A stretch of DNA of 64,000 nucleotides from positions 16,058,001 through 16,122,000 of the forward strand of contig OX597824.1 in assembly GCA_951406725.2 (NCBI GenBank), read 5' to 3'. Source of the stretch: Octopus vulgaris (Eukaryota). A model generated the notes under the pieces. That model searched no databases, was not told the DNA's origin, and saw only the letters and a program-made list of their open reading frames with translations. Position numbers and translations under genes: made by a program. Every line of letters begins with the position of its first letter. Position 1 is the first letter of the stretch. Below, piece after piece: positions 41,085 to 55,590 of the stretch.

Positions 41085-41145
<61 letters not shown>

Positions 41146-41336
41146 CATATATATATATACATAGATATATATGCATATATATGGACGAACACAAGCTGAG
41201 TGCATTGCATTAAAGATATGTAAAAAATTGCAAAGATACGTGAGGCATAATTCCAAAGAAATGATTAAATAAAAGATTAAAATAAGAAAAACAAGATGGA
41301 CGAAACATATTACGATAACGACAACAACAACAGCAA

Positions 41337-41432
<96 letters not shown>

Positions 41433-41882
41433 CAATAACAATGTTTTCTATTTAATATACATTTATTTCCCTCGTATCATTTTCGGTTTGATTTTAGCAT
41501 TTTTATTTATCTGAAGGTGTGCGAGCTGTTTAATTTTAGATATGATTCTGGTTTTAAACAAAAGATATATCACAATATTTGAGACATGCTGTCTGCAAAT
41601 CTGGTTTGACAAGTTTTACAGCTGGATGCAAAATTAATTGTCAAAACAAACCGGGACCAGTTAGCACCGGTTCTTAAGTCCTCCCCTATTCCAGTTCTAT
41701 AATTCTGTATTGATCAATGGCTTTCTTCTTAGTCGGCTAAATGGATGCAATTTTCTTTGACACATACGACAACACTTTACTGAACTTCAATACAATTACA
41801 ATACATAAATATGTTTCCTTAATGTGTGTATACGTGTTAGCATGTTTACCTGAGTGTTTAATAACTCACGTAGAAATATAAG

Positions 41883-41924
<42 letters not shown>

Positions 41925-42270
41925 TATAAAGGTGTATGAGTGTGCGAATTCATGTATGCGTTTCTTTGCATGCGTTTACAATGTTTATTTAGAATATTTA
42001 TCCATTAATGATTGTGCGTGTGGAGTTTTATATTAAGACTCTGTAATGCTTACGTGCATGTATATGTGTGCGACAGCTGAAATATGTGTGTGCTTATATA
42101 TACATACACTCACAGACACACACAGAGACAGACACAGACACAGACACACGCACACACACACACACACACACAAACACACACACGCACACACACACACACA
42201 CATATATATATACACACACACACATATGTATACCTGCATACACGTACATATATATCATACGAACATTCAC

Positions 42271-42308
<38 letters not shown>

Positions 42309-42311
42309 TTG

Positions 42312-42359
<48 letters not shown>

Positions 42360-42558
42360 GGTAGATATAATTATGTATGCTTAGAGATGTATTTTCAGTA
42401 AAGTTAATCGTTCGTCTGAGAAATCCACAAGTTAGCGCATGCGTACAAGCCAAAGTACAGGCGCAATATACATCCATATATACTCCAACACACACACACA
42501 TATATATATATATATACATATACACTAACACATGTATGTCTTTCTCTCTCTCCCTCTC

Positions 42559-42602
<44 letters not shown>

Positions 42603-42666
42603 CGTAATATACATATATATATATGCACATATACATATATATCTATATATACATACGTAACATATA

Positions 42667-42714
<48 letters not shown>

Positions 42715-42830
42715 TATGTATATACGTATGTATGTGTACATACATACATGCATACATACATACATATGGATATAGATATACAAATATTTATCTATTTAGA
42801 CAAATAGATAGAACTACTGGTATATATGGA

Positions 42831-43203
42831 CTAGCAGTATCGCCCGGCGTTGCTCAGGTTTGTAAGGGAAAAAACTATAAAGCATTTTTAGAGAGTTATA
42901 GCCAAAAAATAGCAAAAAAATTATGGTAAATTGTTTTTGAGGGATAAAAAAGGTGGAGTTGCGTCCCCTAGACGGTCTGTGGTTTGGGTTTCAGATTCTC
43001 GACCCCATGTCGAATTTATCGATCTTTTTCAGAACTGGGGGAACTTTTCAAAATTTTCGCTGCGTTAGTTTTGAATTATGACATTGGGCTATGTGTGTGT
43101 CAAGTTTCATCAGAATCGGTTGAAAGCCGTGGTCAGAGTGAGGGTACGAGAAAACAGACACACAGAAAACGCACAGACAAACTGCCGTTTATATAGAGAG
43201 AGA
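42831..43203 (-). mobile_element. Non-autonomous Helitron, copy 2
   Basis: Near-identical to 19975-20350; A|TC...CTAG|T on the minus strand, no TSD. Confidence 0.9.
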
Positions 43204-43454
43204 TACATGTGTATACGTATATGTGTCTTCATGTGTATGCGTGTTTATGTTCGTGTGCGAGTGCACACGCTTGTGTGTGTGTGTGTGTCTGTGTGTGTGT
43301 GTGTGTATAGCGTCTCAAAGCTTATAATTCACTTCTTCGCTGTTTTAAGTTTCTCGATTGCGGTGATAATCCGGGTACCTGAATGGTGTCATGTGACAAG
43401 AAGCTCAAATTGGTGACAGAGGGAATCCTCTTCTGCAAACAACGTATATTGTAC

Positions 43455-43826
43455 CCTTGTGGGTAGTACAGAAATAGGTATTTCGTCTGCCGTTAACTTT
43501 CTGAGTTCAAATTCGTTACGTTCTGAGTTCGATTCCTGGACCGTGCTGTGTATTGTGTTCTTGAGCAAGACACTTTATTTCACATTGCTCCAGCTCACTC
43601 AGCTGTAGAAATCAGTTGCGACGTTACCGGTGCCAAGATCTATCAGTCTTTCCTTTCCCTTGGCTAACATCGGTGGTGAGAAGAAGCGAGGCTGATATGC
43701 ATAGGCGACTGCTGGTCTTCCATGAAAACAACCCTAGGGTGTGCGTTCGCCGGTGTGGCAACTTTCCTCCTGGACTTTTACCCGGAGAGGAACCTCTTAG
43801 GTACCTCCATGGTCATTCATGACCGA
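43455..43826 (+). mobile_element. SINE B dimer-junction fragment fused to SINE D with RTE-derived body and tail
   Basis: 43455-43520 is B; then ttgtgttcttgagcaagacactttatttcac (CORE-like), ggtgccaag...cctttcccttgg and tail ccatggtcattcatgaccga. Confidence 0.75.
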
Positions 43827-44289
43827 CAGAGTCGAGAGTTTCAGTAAATAACGTGAGAATATACATGAATTACACAGCCCTTGCTGATACCTACATCCCC
43901 TGGTTTAGCTAATATAGGTACTCCTTATGATACACCTCGATATCCCTTGCCATCCACAAACATAATCCTTTTCGTGCGCCTCTGCAGCCCTTAACATACA
44001 CCAACATATCCCTTTTGATGCGCCTAGACATCCCTGGCCGTACAACTGTACCCCATTTTTGATGCAACTATATTCATACAGTGCACTTCCAACTCCCTTA
44101 TGGGGTCTAAGGAGCCCCTTACAGAGCCCCTTGGTAACCCTTCCAGTGCATTTCAATACAAGTTATTCTCACCAACTGATAACACAGCCTAGTTAATGTC
44201 AGATTTTTGTTTCCGAGAAATATCAAAACTACTTTTCTGAACACCCAGCGGCCCTATATGCAATGTGTTGTTGTTTTGTTTGTCCATTC

Positions 44290-44676
44290 TCAATCCACGC
44301 CTGGCTCATAGGGCCGGTTTCCCGGTTTCCTTGGCGTATAGGTTCCCCACATGGACGGGGCCGGTCTGTCACAGGTGAGCTGGAAGATGCAGGAGGAAAG
44401 AGTGAGAGAAGGTTGTGGCGAAAGAGTCAGCAGAAGTTCGCCTTTACCTTCTGCCGGAGCCGTGTAGAGCTTAGGTATTTCGCTCATAAACACACACATC
44501 TTCCGGTCTGAGATTCGAACCAGCGATCCCTCGACCGCGAGTCCGCTGCTCTAACCACTAAACCATGTGCCTCCACATTTCGCTCATAAACACACACATC
44601 TCCCGGTCTGAGATTCGAATCCGCGATCCCTCGATCACGAGTCTGCTGCTCTAACCACTAGGCCATGTGCCTCCAT
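44290..44676 (-). mobile_element. SINE family C variant with tandemly duplicated ~100-bp tRNA head
   Basis: tttcgctcataaacacacacatct...ctctaaccacta..ccatgtgcctcca at 44478-44577 and 44578-44675. Confidence 0.85.
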
Positions 44677-44732
44677 CCTATATGCGATAAGTGAATTGAA
44701 TTGCATTACACTACACGGCGAAATCGAAACCC

Positions 44733-45149
44733 ATTTCTTTACTACCCACAAGGGTCTAAACACAGAGAGGACAAACAAGGACAGGCATACGGATTAAGTC
44801 GATTATATCGACTCCAGTGCGTAACTGGTACTTATTTAATCGACCCCGAAAGGATGGAAGGCAAAGTGGACCTCGGCGGAATTTGAAGTCAGAACGTAGC
44901 GGCAGACGAAATACCTATTTCTTTACTACCCACAAGGGGCTAAACACAGAGAGGACAAACAAGGACAGGCAAATGGATTAAGTCGATTATATCGACTCCA
45001 GTGCGTAACTGGTACTTATTTAATCGACTCCGAAAGGATGGAAGGCAAAGTGGACCTCGGCGGAATTTGAACTCAGTGAACGTGACGGCAGACGAAATAC
45101 TGCTGAGCATTTCGCCCGGCGTGCTAACGTTTCTACCAGCTCGCCGCCT
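44733..45149 (-). mobile_element. SINE family B, dimeric, with TSD
   Basis: gcgaaatcgaaacc at 44718-44731 and 45161-45174 flanks the whole dimer. Confidence 0.92.
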
Positions 45150-46692
45150 TACACTTTCAAGCGAAATCGAAACCGTTTCGCAGGCGTCATTGTCATTTAG
45201 CGTGCATTTAAAACTAATCCAGCGCATGCGCGACTGACGATGTTTTGATTTCTGCGTGATACTGAGGAGAATGTAATTAGAAGAAAAAGGGGAGAAACAA
45301 ATATAAACAATGAAATGCGCGAGACTTGCAAATGTTCTTGTCAGAACGACGTAACGCAGAGGTTGTTGGTGCTGAATATCGAAACAGCGAGAAATTAGTC
45401 TTACTGTAGTTGAAGTCAGTCACTTAGTATACTACAGTGTGTTGTTAGTCCTTACTTAATACCCTCCCTCCCTCTCTTCCATTGTCTTTCTTTCTTTCTC
45501 TCTCTCTCTCTTTCCCTCTTACACATATACATATATACATGAGGCGTTTCATGGAATAATCGTTGATTGCCAGTAATTGTTATGGTGTCACCTACAGACC
45601 TTAACTGTCTATCATGTTGCTTTTCTGCGGAAACATACACAAATTTACACTCGCATGGACATCCATACACACACACGCTCAGACGTACACATATAACGCA
45701 TATATGCACTCATATTTATATATATGTATGTGTTTATATAGAATAAATAGATGTTTATATGCATATGTATATTAGTGTATATTTACTGTGCTTGAATGTG
45801 TGTGTATGTGTGTGAGAGAGAGAGAGAGAGAGACACTGTGTATGTGTCTGTGTGTGTGTTTGTATGTGTGTGTGTTCGTGGGTTGCCACGATGTAATGTC
45901 CGTCTGGCAGGAGCAGCTGAAATGAAGGAAACCGCGGGGTGCCTTTGACGACACGTCGACTGCTCCTATTTATACACCCTGTCTTAACAGGGCCACCAGC
46001 GCCGCCGCCGCCACCGCCACCGGCTCCCTCCACCACGGCCATCGCGACCAGCAGCAACACCTCCCCTACCGACGCCACCTCTATCAACAACACCAACACC
46101 ACCAGCATTAATGGTAGCCGTGAAGAAACAGTCAACAATCACCGCTGCAATTTAGTCGCCATGTTTAATACACACGAAATAACAATTGGTGAAATCGCTT
46201 CATTTTCTACACGCAATACGAACGTTTTCAAACAAACTTCTACCCCTTTCTATCCACTCCCATCTCACCACCCTTCAACAACCTTTCATTCTTTCTCCTT
46301 TGTCCTCACTTTCTCCTATAATCTCTCCTTACTCTGTTCTTTCTTATCCGTCCTTTGCTTTCATTTGAGATATTTTTTATTTATTTTGTCTTTCTCAATT
46401 TCTTCCTGCTTTCTTTTCTTCTGTTCCTTTTTCCCTCTCTTCCTTTTTGATATTCTTTTCTTTTTCTTTTTTTTTCTTTCTGTATTTCTTTACTTTTTCC
46501 TCTTTATTTTCTATGATATATTTCCCCCTTTCATCAATACCCTTCATGCGACTACTTCCTCTATTCAGAGTTCCTCTTCCCGCTCCTACAACGCGTTAAA
46601 CACCTTCCTTTATCCTATGTTGCACTTTACTTAGCTTCCTTTGGCGTTCAGTACACAGAGAATGCACGCAAGAACGCACGCACGCTCGCACA

Positions 46693-46735
<43 letters not shown>

Positions 46736-46927
46736 ACACACAGACACACACACACACACACACAACACAGACACACACGCACACGCATCGCGCGAAACCG
46801 GTCATTTCTTCTAGATTATGTCATTGTATGAAAAAAATTTATAACATTCTTCAGACATATTGACTCAAATATATATTTTTTAACCTTTTAAAACAAGCCT
46901 TCTGTAGTTTTTTCACTTTTTACTATT

Positions 46928-46987
<60 letters not shown>

Positions 46988-46990
<3 letters not shown>

Positions 46991-47155
46991 CGCTGGCAAG
47001 GCTGTGTGGTAAGTAACTTGCTTTCCAAGCCATATGGCTCCGTGTTCAGTCCCATTGCACGGCACTTTGGGTAAGTATCTTCTACTATAGCCTCAGGGGT
47101 CGTTCAAAGCCTTGTGTGTGGATTTGGTGGACGGAAACTGAAAGAAGCCCCGTCG

Positions 47156-47188
<33 letters not shown>

Positions 47189-47342
47189 AGGCGTATGTGT
47201 GTCCGTGCGCAGCAGATACGACAAAAGAGACCAGATAGAATAAGAACTAGGCTTATAAAGAATAAGTCCTGGGATCGATTTGTTCGACTAAAAGCGGAGC
47301 TCCAGCATGGCCGCAGTAAAATGAGTGAAACAAACAAAAGAA
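46988..47342 (+). mobile_element. SINE family A inserted in (TA)n
   Basis: Head and tail match family A; internal deletion. Confidence 0.88.
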
Positions 47343-47355
47343 TAGCTGAATAATA

Positions 47356-47860
<505 letters not shown>

Positions 47861-48117
47861 TAACCAAATACTAATATTCATCCTAAAGTATTTTTTACTT
47901 ATTAGATGCATTCCCATTACATTTTTGAATAGTTAAAGTATATAAATGTACATCGATACTTAATTTAGGTGAAGTTACATATTCTGTACATCTTTCCTAT
48001 CGAGCCTATATTATAGTTATTTCAAGAAGACGCACTATATATTATTAAATGAAAGCTAGAAGCAAGTCATTTCTCATGTACATTGCCATGAATATCTTCT
48101 GTATGAAGTGAAACAAG

Positions 48118-48541
48118 TTACTGGATTACTAACATGCTGGGGCAACACTTTGAAGGGTTTAGTTCATCAATGTGGTCCTTGTATGTATATTTTGAGTTTG
48201 GTGCATATTCAATCGGTCCTTTTTGACGGAAATGCAAGGTATGGAAGCGCAAAAAAATGAAAACGCGTATGAAAACGCAACAAAGCAAGAAAAAGTACCA
48301 GTAGTCAAGCAGTGGCAGCAGGACAAAGAGAACACACGCGAACGCACACACACTCATATACTGACACAGATAGACGGACAGACACACAGACATACATATG
48401 TTTCTACCAATTTTCGCCTTCCAAATTCAGTCAGAAAGCATCGGTCAGCTCCGGGTTATAGAAAAAAAACCCTGCTGTGTAGTGTAACCAAACCTGAAAC
48501 CATACTGTTATAAAGCGAAATTCTTAATCACACAGACATGG
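48118..48541 (-). mobile_element. Old, degenerate SINE A relative
   Basis: catgctggggcaacactttgaagg, ccaaattcagtcagaaagcatcggtcagc and ttcttaatcacacag align loosely with family A. Confidence 0.55.
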
Positions 48542-48600
48542 CATATATATATATATTTAAAAAAGGAGGTGTGGAACACGAGTTGTGATATATAAAAAAA

Positions 48601-48893
48601 GGAAATGAAGAAAATGCTGACAAAATAATTTAAGTAAGGGAGAGTGTATTTAATTAGGTGAAAGTTCTTTTTACGGGTTGCGCATTTGCTATGCTTATCA
48701 AAAGATATTTTTAAAAGAGAGATAGAGTTCCTTTCTGATAGATTTTTTTTCTCTTATCTGAAAGGAACTCTCTCTCTCTTTAAAAAATATCTTTTGATAA
48801 GCATAACAAATGCGCAACCGGTAAAAAGAACTTTCACCTAATTAAATACACTCTCCCTTACTTAAATTATTTTGTCAGCATTTTCTTCATTTC
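48601..48893. mobile_element. Near-perfect palindrome (~140-bp arms) next to (TA)n, with degenerate HHR-like motif
   Basis: ggaaatgaagaaaatgctgac...gagttcctttctgata versus tatctgaaaggaactc...gtcagcattttcttcatttcc. Motif TTGATAA gcat-aacaa-atgc GCAA ccgg TA at 48794-48823. Confidence 0.9.
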
Positions 48894-48934
<41 letters not shown>

Positions 48935-49121
48935 CAATTGCAGCGTGAAAGGTGTTTATAAGCCATTTAAAAACACACAAAAACTGTTAGATTCACTTCT
49001 ACATTTAAATTTAAGTTGTGAAAATATTTTTGCCGCTTTGAAACCGCGACCTGTTCACTGACAAAATCCTGGCTTTTGTGTGTGTTTAAATGGCTTATAA
49101 GCACCCTCTGCGCTGCAATTG
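48935..49121. mobile_element. Fold-back element (~48-bp arms)
   Basis: caattgcagcgtgaaaggtgtttataagccatttaaaaacacacaaaa versus ttttgtgtgtgtttaaatggcttataagcaccctctgcgctgcaattg. Confidence 0.8.
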
Positions 49122-49829
49122 GTTTTTCTTTTTCCATTTAATTTCTTTTTTCAGCCAACGAATTTTGTTTTAGCTTTACGCTTATGCGTGTGTGTATGTG
49201 TGTGTGTGTGTGTGCATGTACCCTGTTGCAGTTCAACTGAGCATAGGGTGTTATCAGACTTGATAACCTCAGGTTATAGCTTCTGAATCTTTAAAGTAAC
49301 CATCGGCTTGAAACGTAGTATCAGAACAGCTTACCTATCAGAGTCGAATTTAATTCAGCTGAGGGTTGTATTCATATACAAATAGACAACACACACACAC
49401 ACACACACACACAAAATCATACACATATAAGCATCTGTGAATATTTATGCATACGTTCGTATACGCATTCATAAATATATATATTTATATATTTATGTAT
49501 GTACACACACACACACACACACACAAGCACATATACACATACGCACGTTTCTTGTGTGATAAAGTAGCGGTACTGAGAGCTAAAATTCTCGACTGAACAA
49601 TATCCACAGGACATGAATTAAATAACGGAAAGCTGGAAGCTAGGGTAGATCAAAACATTCATACATTTAATACCTACACCGACAAATATCGGGTTCAATT
49701 ATTAAAATTTTTCCTTGTTTCACCATATATGTGATCAACAAACACACTACCATATCACCAACTATATATCTATGTATGTATACATACATATCTGTGTATA
49801 CATAGATACATACATATATATATATGCGC

Positions 49830-49899
<70 letters not shown>

Positions 49900-49904
49900 A
49901 TGTA

Positions 49905-49939
<35 letters not shown>

Positions 49940-49952
49940 GTGTGTCTGCTAG

Positions 49953-49997
49953 TCTAGGCCGACGAAGGACAATCATCCTGAAACACGTGTCCCTAGA
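49953..49997 (+). ncRNA. Type I HHR motif with CCGACGA core
   Basis: tctagg CCGACGA agga-caatca-tcct GAAA cacgtg TC cctaga. Stem I 6 bp, stem II 4 bp, palindromic stem III, GUC triplet; at the start of a ~215-bp island between (TA)n tracts. Confidence 0.8.
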
Positions 49998-50159
49998 TGC
50001 AGCCCAGGCGGCTGGGGGTATTTGTCTCCCCTTCGTAAATGTATATAAAGACACACGAAAAATGTGTCAAAGCCATCAGGACGCGTCGATGCTTCCTAGG
50101 GCTAAACAGCGATGGTGTACCCCCTACTGTCACGTTCGTGTTAGATTGACAGTATACAT

Positions 50160-50239
<80 letters not shown>

Positions 50240-50367
50240 TGTATATTTATATTATATATACATACATGTATATATACATATGCATACACACACATATATA
50301 TGTATATATATAAATAAATTGATAGATAGATAAAGGGATAAATAGATAGTTATACATACATATCTCT

Positions 50368-50831
<464 letters not shown>

Positions 50832-51363
50832 ATGCATATAATAATTTCATATTTGGGTAGACACCTCATAATGTGCTGTTTAAAGCTGTTTCACAGTATT
50901 TGGCTACCTAATGTCAACAACAGTGTGGACGTGTACATCATGGATTTACTTCAGGAATTCCTTTGTGCCCGTCGAGTTTATATAAAAAGATGAAAGATAG
51001 GAAATGGAATCCACGAAACGACTTTTTCAGCATTTCTACACTCGGTTCGACTCTTCATGATGCATCCGAACTTTACTATCACCTGTCATGTACTATAGAT
51101 GCAGATGTGTCCCCTCAGGTAATTTTTCAAGTAGGTACTTCGGGTATTTACTTGCTTTTTCGTTAATCTCACGCACAGGCTGTTCCTTTGATCGAATCAA
51201 CTGGGACCCACGTTGTCGTAACCGACCGAGTACCAGTTATGAAAATTACGTATGTCATTATACAGTTTATTTCAAGATTTCTTGCCAATAGAGAAAGAAC
51301 CGGTTTCAAACTTAGATCCAGCGCTCCTTCATTGGAATTTCAACATCAACAACAGAGTACTTT

Positions 51364-52909
51364 TGTATGTATGTATGTATGTATGTATGTATGTATGTAT
51401 GTATGTATGTATGTATGTATGTTTGTATGTATGTTTGTATGTATGTATGTATGTATGTATGTATGTATGTATGTATGTTTATATGCATGTATGTATGTAT
51501 GTATGTATGTATGTGTGTGTATGTATGTATGTATGTATGTGTGTGTGTATGTATGTATGTATGTATGTATGTATGTATGTATGTATGTATGTATGTATGT
51601 ATGTATGTATGTATGTATGTATGTATGTATGTATGTATGTATGTATGTGTGTATGTATGTATGTATGTATGTATGCATGTATGTATGTATGTGTGTGTAT
51701 GTATGTATGTATGTATGTGTGTGTGTATGTATGTATGTATGTATGTATGTATGTATGTATGTATGTATGTATGTATGTATGTATGTATGTATGTATGTAT
51801 GTATGTATGTATGCATGTATGTATGTATGCATGCATGTTTATATGCATGTATGTATGTATGTATGTATGTATGTATGTATGTATGTATGTATGTATGTAT
51901 GTATGTATGTATGTATGTATGTATGTATGTATGTATGTATGTATGTATGTATGTATGTATGTATGTATGTATGTATGTATGTATGTGTGTGTATGTATGT
52001 ATGTATGTATGTGTGTGTGTATGTATGTATGTATGTATGTATGTATGTATGTATGTATGTATGTATGTATGTATGTATGATGTATGTATGTATGTATGTA
52101 TGTATGTATGTATGTATGTATGTATGTATGTATGTATGTATGTTTGTATGTATGTATGTATGTATGTGCATGTTTGTTTGTATGTATGTATGTATGTATG
52201 TATGTTTGTATGTATGTATGTATGTATGTTTGTATGTATGTATGTATGTATGTATGTATGTATGTATGTATGTATGTATGTATGTATGCATGCATGTTTA
52301 TATGCATGTATGTATGTATGTATGTATGTATGTATGTATGTATGTATGTATGTATGTATGTATGTATGTATGTATGTATGTATGTATGTATGTATGTATG
52401 TATGTATGTATGTATGTATGTATGTATGTATGTATGTATGTATGTATGTATGTATGTGTGTGTATGTATGTATGTATGTATGTGTGTGTGTATGTATGTA
52501 TGTATGTATGTATGTATGTATGTATGTATGTATGTATGTATGTATGTATGTATGTATGTATGTATGTATGTATGTATGTATGTATGTATGTATGTATGTA
52601 TGTATGTATGTATGTATGTTTGTATGTATGTATGTATGTATGAATGTATGTATGTATGTATGTATGTATGTATGTGTGTGTATGTATGTATGTATGTATG
52701 TTTGTATGTATGTATGTATGTATGTATGTTTGTATGTATGTATGTATGTATGTTTGTATGTATGTATGTATGTATGTATGTATGTATGTATGTATGTATG
52801 TATGTATGTATGTATGTTATATATGTATGTATGTATGTATGTATGTTTGTATGTATGTATGTATGTATGTATGTATGTATGTATGTATGTTTGTATGTAT
52901 GTATGTATG

Positions 52910-52943
<34 letters not shown>

Positions 52944-52972
52944 TGTATGTATGTATGTATGTATGTATGTAT
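51364..52972. repeat. (ATGT)n array, 1.6 kb, with higher-order structure
   Basis: Variant markers gtttatatgcatg at ~51477, 51837 and 52296, and paired GT-runs, recur. Confidence 0.97.
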
Positions 52973-53179
52973 CTGCAGATTTGTATGTTTTACGCATATA
53001 TTTAACTGATAAATTTATGGAGAGTTTTACAGATTTTACAGTTCCAGTGATGGATTGGATCTGTTATTTTCGAATTAGCTCCCTCCTTTCTGGTTTTGAG
53101 AAGCCCAATTTCTCAAAATTGGTATTTAGATAGCATGTTACCTGTCCCAGGGCAACATTAATTACAGGTATATACCTGA

Positions 53180-53410
53180 AGGCGGCGAGCTGGTAGAAAC
53201 GTTAGCACGCCGGGCGAAATGCCTTGCCGTATTTCGTCTGCCGTTACGTTCCGAGTTCAAATTCCGCCGAGGTCGACTTTGCCTTTCATCCTTCCGGGGT
53301 CGATAAATTAAGTACCAGTTACGCACTGGGTCGATGTAATCGACTTAATCCGTTTGTCTGTCCTTGTTTGTCTCCTCTGTGTTTAGCCCTTTGTGGGTAG
53401 TAAAGAAATA
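53180..53410 (+). mobile_element. SINE family B, full length
   Basis: Flanked by tatacctgaa / tataccggaa (probable TSD). Confidence 0.92.
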
Positions 53411-53545
53411 TATACCGGAACTTCTAATATGGATAGAGTAACTGCGGATTTCTCAATAGTTCAGCATAAATGTTCTCTTTCTCACTGATCTTCAGCTTTA
53501 TATTAACATCCGTAAGTATGTCAACATATGTTGACATAGTTTCAT

Positions 53546-53952
53546 AGGCGCAGGAGTGGCTGTGTGGTAAGTAGCTTGCTAACCAAACACATGGTTCCGG
53601 GTTCAGTCCCACTGCGTGGCACCTTGGGCAAGTGTCTTCTGCTATGGCCCCGGGCCGACCAATGCCTTGTGAGTGGATTTGGTAGACGGAAACTGAAAGA
53701 AGCCTGTCGTATATATGTATATATGTATATGTATGTGTGTGTATGTGTTTGTGTGTCTGTGTTTGTCTCCCTACCATTGCTTGACAACCGATGCTGGTGT
53801 GTTACGTCCCCGTCACCTAGCGGTTCGGAAAAAAGAGAACCGATAGAATAAGTACTGGGCTTACAAAGAATAAGTCCCGGGGTCGATTTGCTCGACTAAA
53901 AGGGCGGTGCTCCAGCATGGCCGCAGTCAAATGACTGAAACAAGTAAAAGAG
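53546..53952 (+). mobile_element. SINE family A, full length
   Basis: aggcgcaggagtggctgtgtggtaag...gaaacaagtaaaagag. Confidence 0.93.
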
Positions 53953-54336
53953 AGTATATGTAAATATGTGTGTATGTACGTACGTATGTATGTTTGTAAG
54001 TATATATTGCATAGGCACATAAGTACACCCTCCCCTTCTATATTTACTCTCTATTCAAGGACAGAATTTCGTCTTTAAATGTAATAAGATCTAACACCTC
54101 ATAACCACTCTATTGATACTGTAGAAACACAGTAGAAACACGCTCAGCCTTTTATTTGCTATATTCAATATGTTTTACAGCTTGCCTACCCTGAACACAA
54201 TAACTCCTTGCTAAACCCTAGACAATAAACACCCTTGAGGCCCCTGCATTTTTACTTTATTTTTTGGTTATATATATATTTTTGTAGTTCAACTGAGATT
54301 GTATTTAATATTATATTATTATATGTGTATTGACAA

Positions 54337-54358
54337 ATATATATATACAGTATATATA

Positions 54359-54420
<62 letters not shown>

Positions 54421-54505
54421 TTACATATATATGTATGTGTGTATATATGTATATAATAAATTCTCGTATACTCCATCTTGCGTCTTTCATTTGATATATA
54501 TTTAT

Positions 54506-54542
<37 letters not shown>

Positions 54543-54558
54543 ATATATATACATATAC

Positions 54559-54589
<31 letters not shown>

Positions 54590-54935
54590 TACATACATAT
54601 ATATACATATATATATATATATACATCTGTCTATATACACGCACACATGTATATACATACATATATATATATATATGTAAACACACGCACACAGATATAT
54701 ACAAATATTTATACATATGTGTGTGTGTGCATGTGTGAGTCTGAGTGTGTGAGTGGTTGGGTAAGTATCCGTGTGTGTGTGGGTGGGTGGGTGAATATCT
54801 AAGTGTGTTTTGTGTGTGTATATTTTTGTAGATGTGTATGTATATATATATTTACATATATATTGCTAAGTATATACAGATGTATATGCATATGAATGAG
54901 TGAGTGCCTATACACACACACACACACACACACGT
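54337..54935. repeat. (TA)n/(CA)n/(TG)n compound microsatellite
   Basis: Seen directly. Confidence 0.92.
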
Positions 54936-55192
54936 GCGCGCGCCCAGACACACTCACACCTAGAAATACATTTTGGGCAGATTTTCCTCCCTGGTGGCAA
55001 TTAATATGTAAGGTGAGAAAAGCAGAACAAAACACTGTTTGGTTAATCGCAGTTCGTAATGTCAACGAAGCGCTGACGACATTAAGAACAAGATCATTAT
55101 CATCGTCAACATCATTATCATCGTGGTCGTCGTGGCCGTCATCCTGATTATTATATTCATCATCATCATCAATAACACCAACATCAACAGCA

Positions 55193-55590
55193 GTGAAGGC
55201 GCAATGGCCCAGTGGTTAGGGCAGCGGAGTCGCGGTCGGAGGATCGCGGTTCCGATTCCCAGATCGGGCGTTGTGTGTGTTTATTGAGCGAAAACACCTA
55301 AAGCTCCACGAGGCTCCGGCAGGGGTTGGTGGCGACCCCTGTTGTACTCTTTCGCTCCAACTTTCTCTCACTCTTTCTTCCTGTTTCTCGTCCCCGACTT
55401 CCTACGCAAGCGCTGAGCCTGGATGCGCATTCATCTATCCATCGATGCTCTCGATGTCGGGTGTTGACCTGCTTTCTCTTCTGCGGGTCTTACGAATAGC
55501 AAAGGACCACGTTTCGGACTTCTCCCACTACAGAGGCGCGATCTTGCGAGCTCTGGGACGAAGACTGCTTCGCTCAACAAACAAACAAAC
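55193..55590 (+). mobile_element. SINE family C with a third, distinct 3' module ending (CAAA)n
   Basis: Head and body as at 35808 up to ttcttcctgtttct (55388), then unrelated sequence ending cttcgctcaacaaacaaacaaac. Confidence 0.8.

Noticed and set aside
45939-46634. 231-aa ORF with poly-Pro
   Set aside because: No ATG start (GTG), low-complexity Pro/Thr then Phe/Leu from a pyrimidine tract; no domain.
51188-53133. Long ORFs (up to 605 aa), and similar ones at 25484-26450, 36577-37611, 17610-18657 and 60116-61340
   Set aside because: They are stop-free translations of (ATGT)n, (GAT)n, (CAT)n and (ATT)n microsatellites with no protein-like complexity.
55500-55540. gga-gaag-tcc GAAA cgtggtc on minus resembling half an HHR
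   Set aside because: No CUGAnGA box and no stem I.
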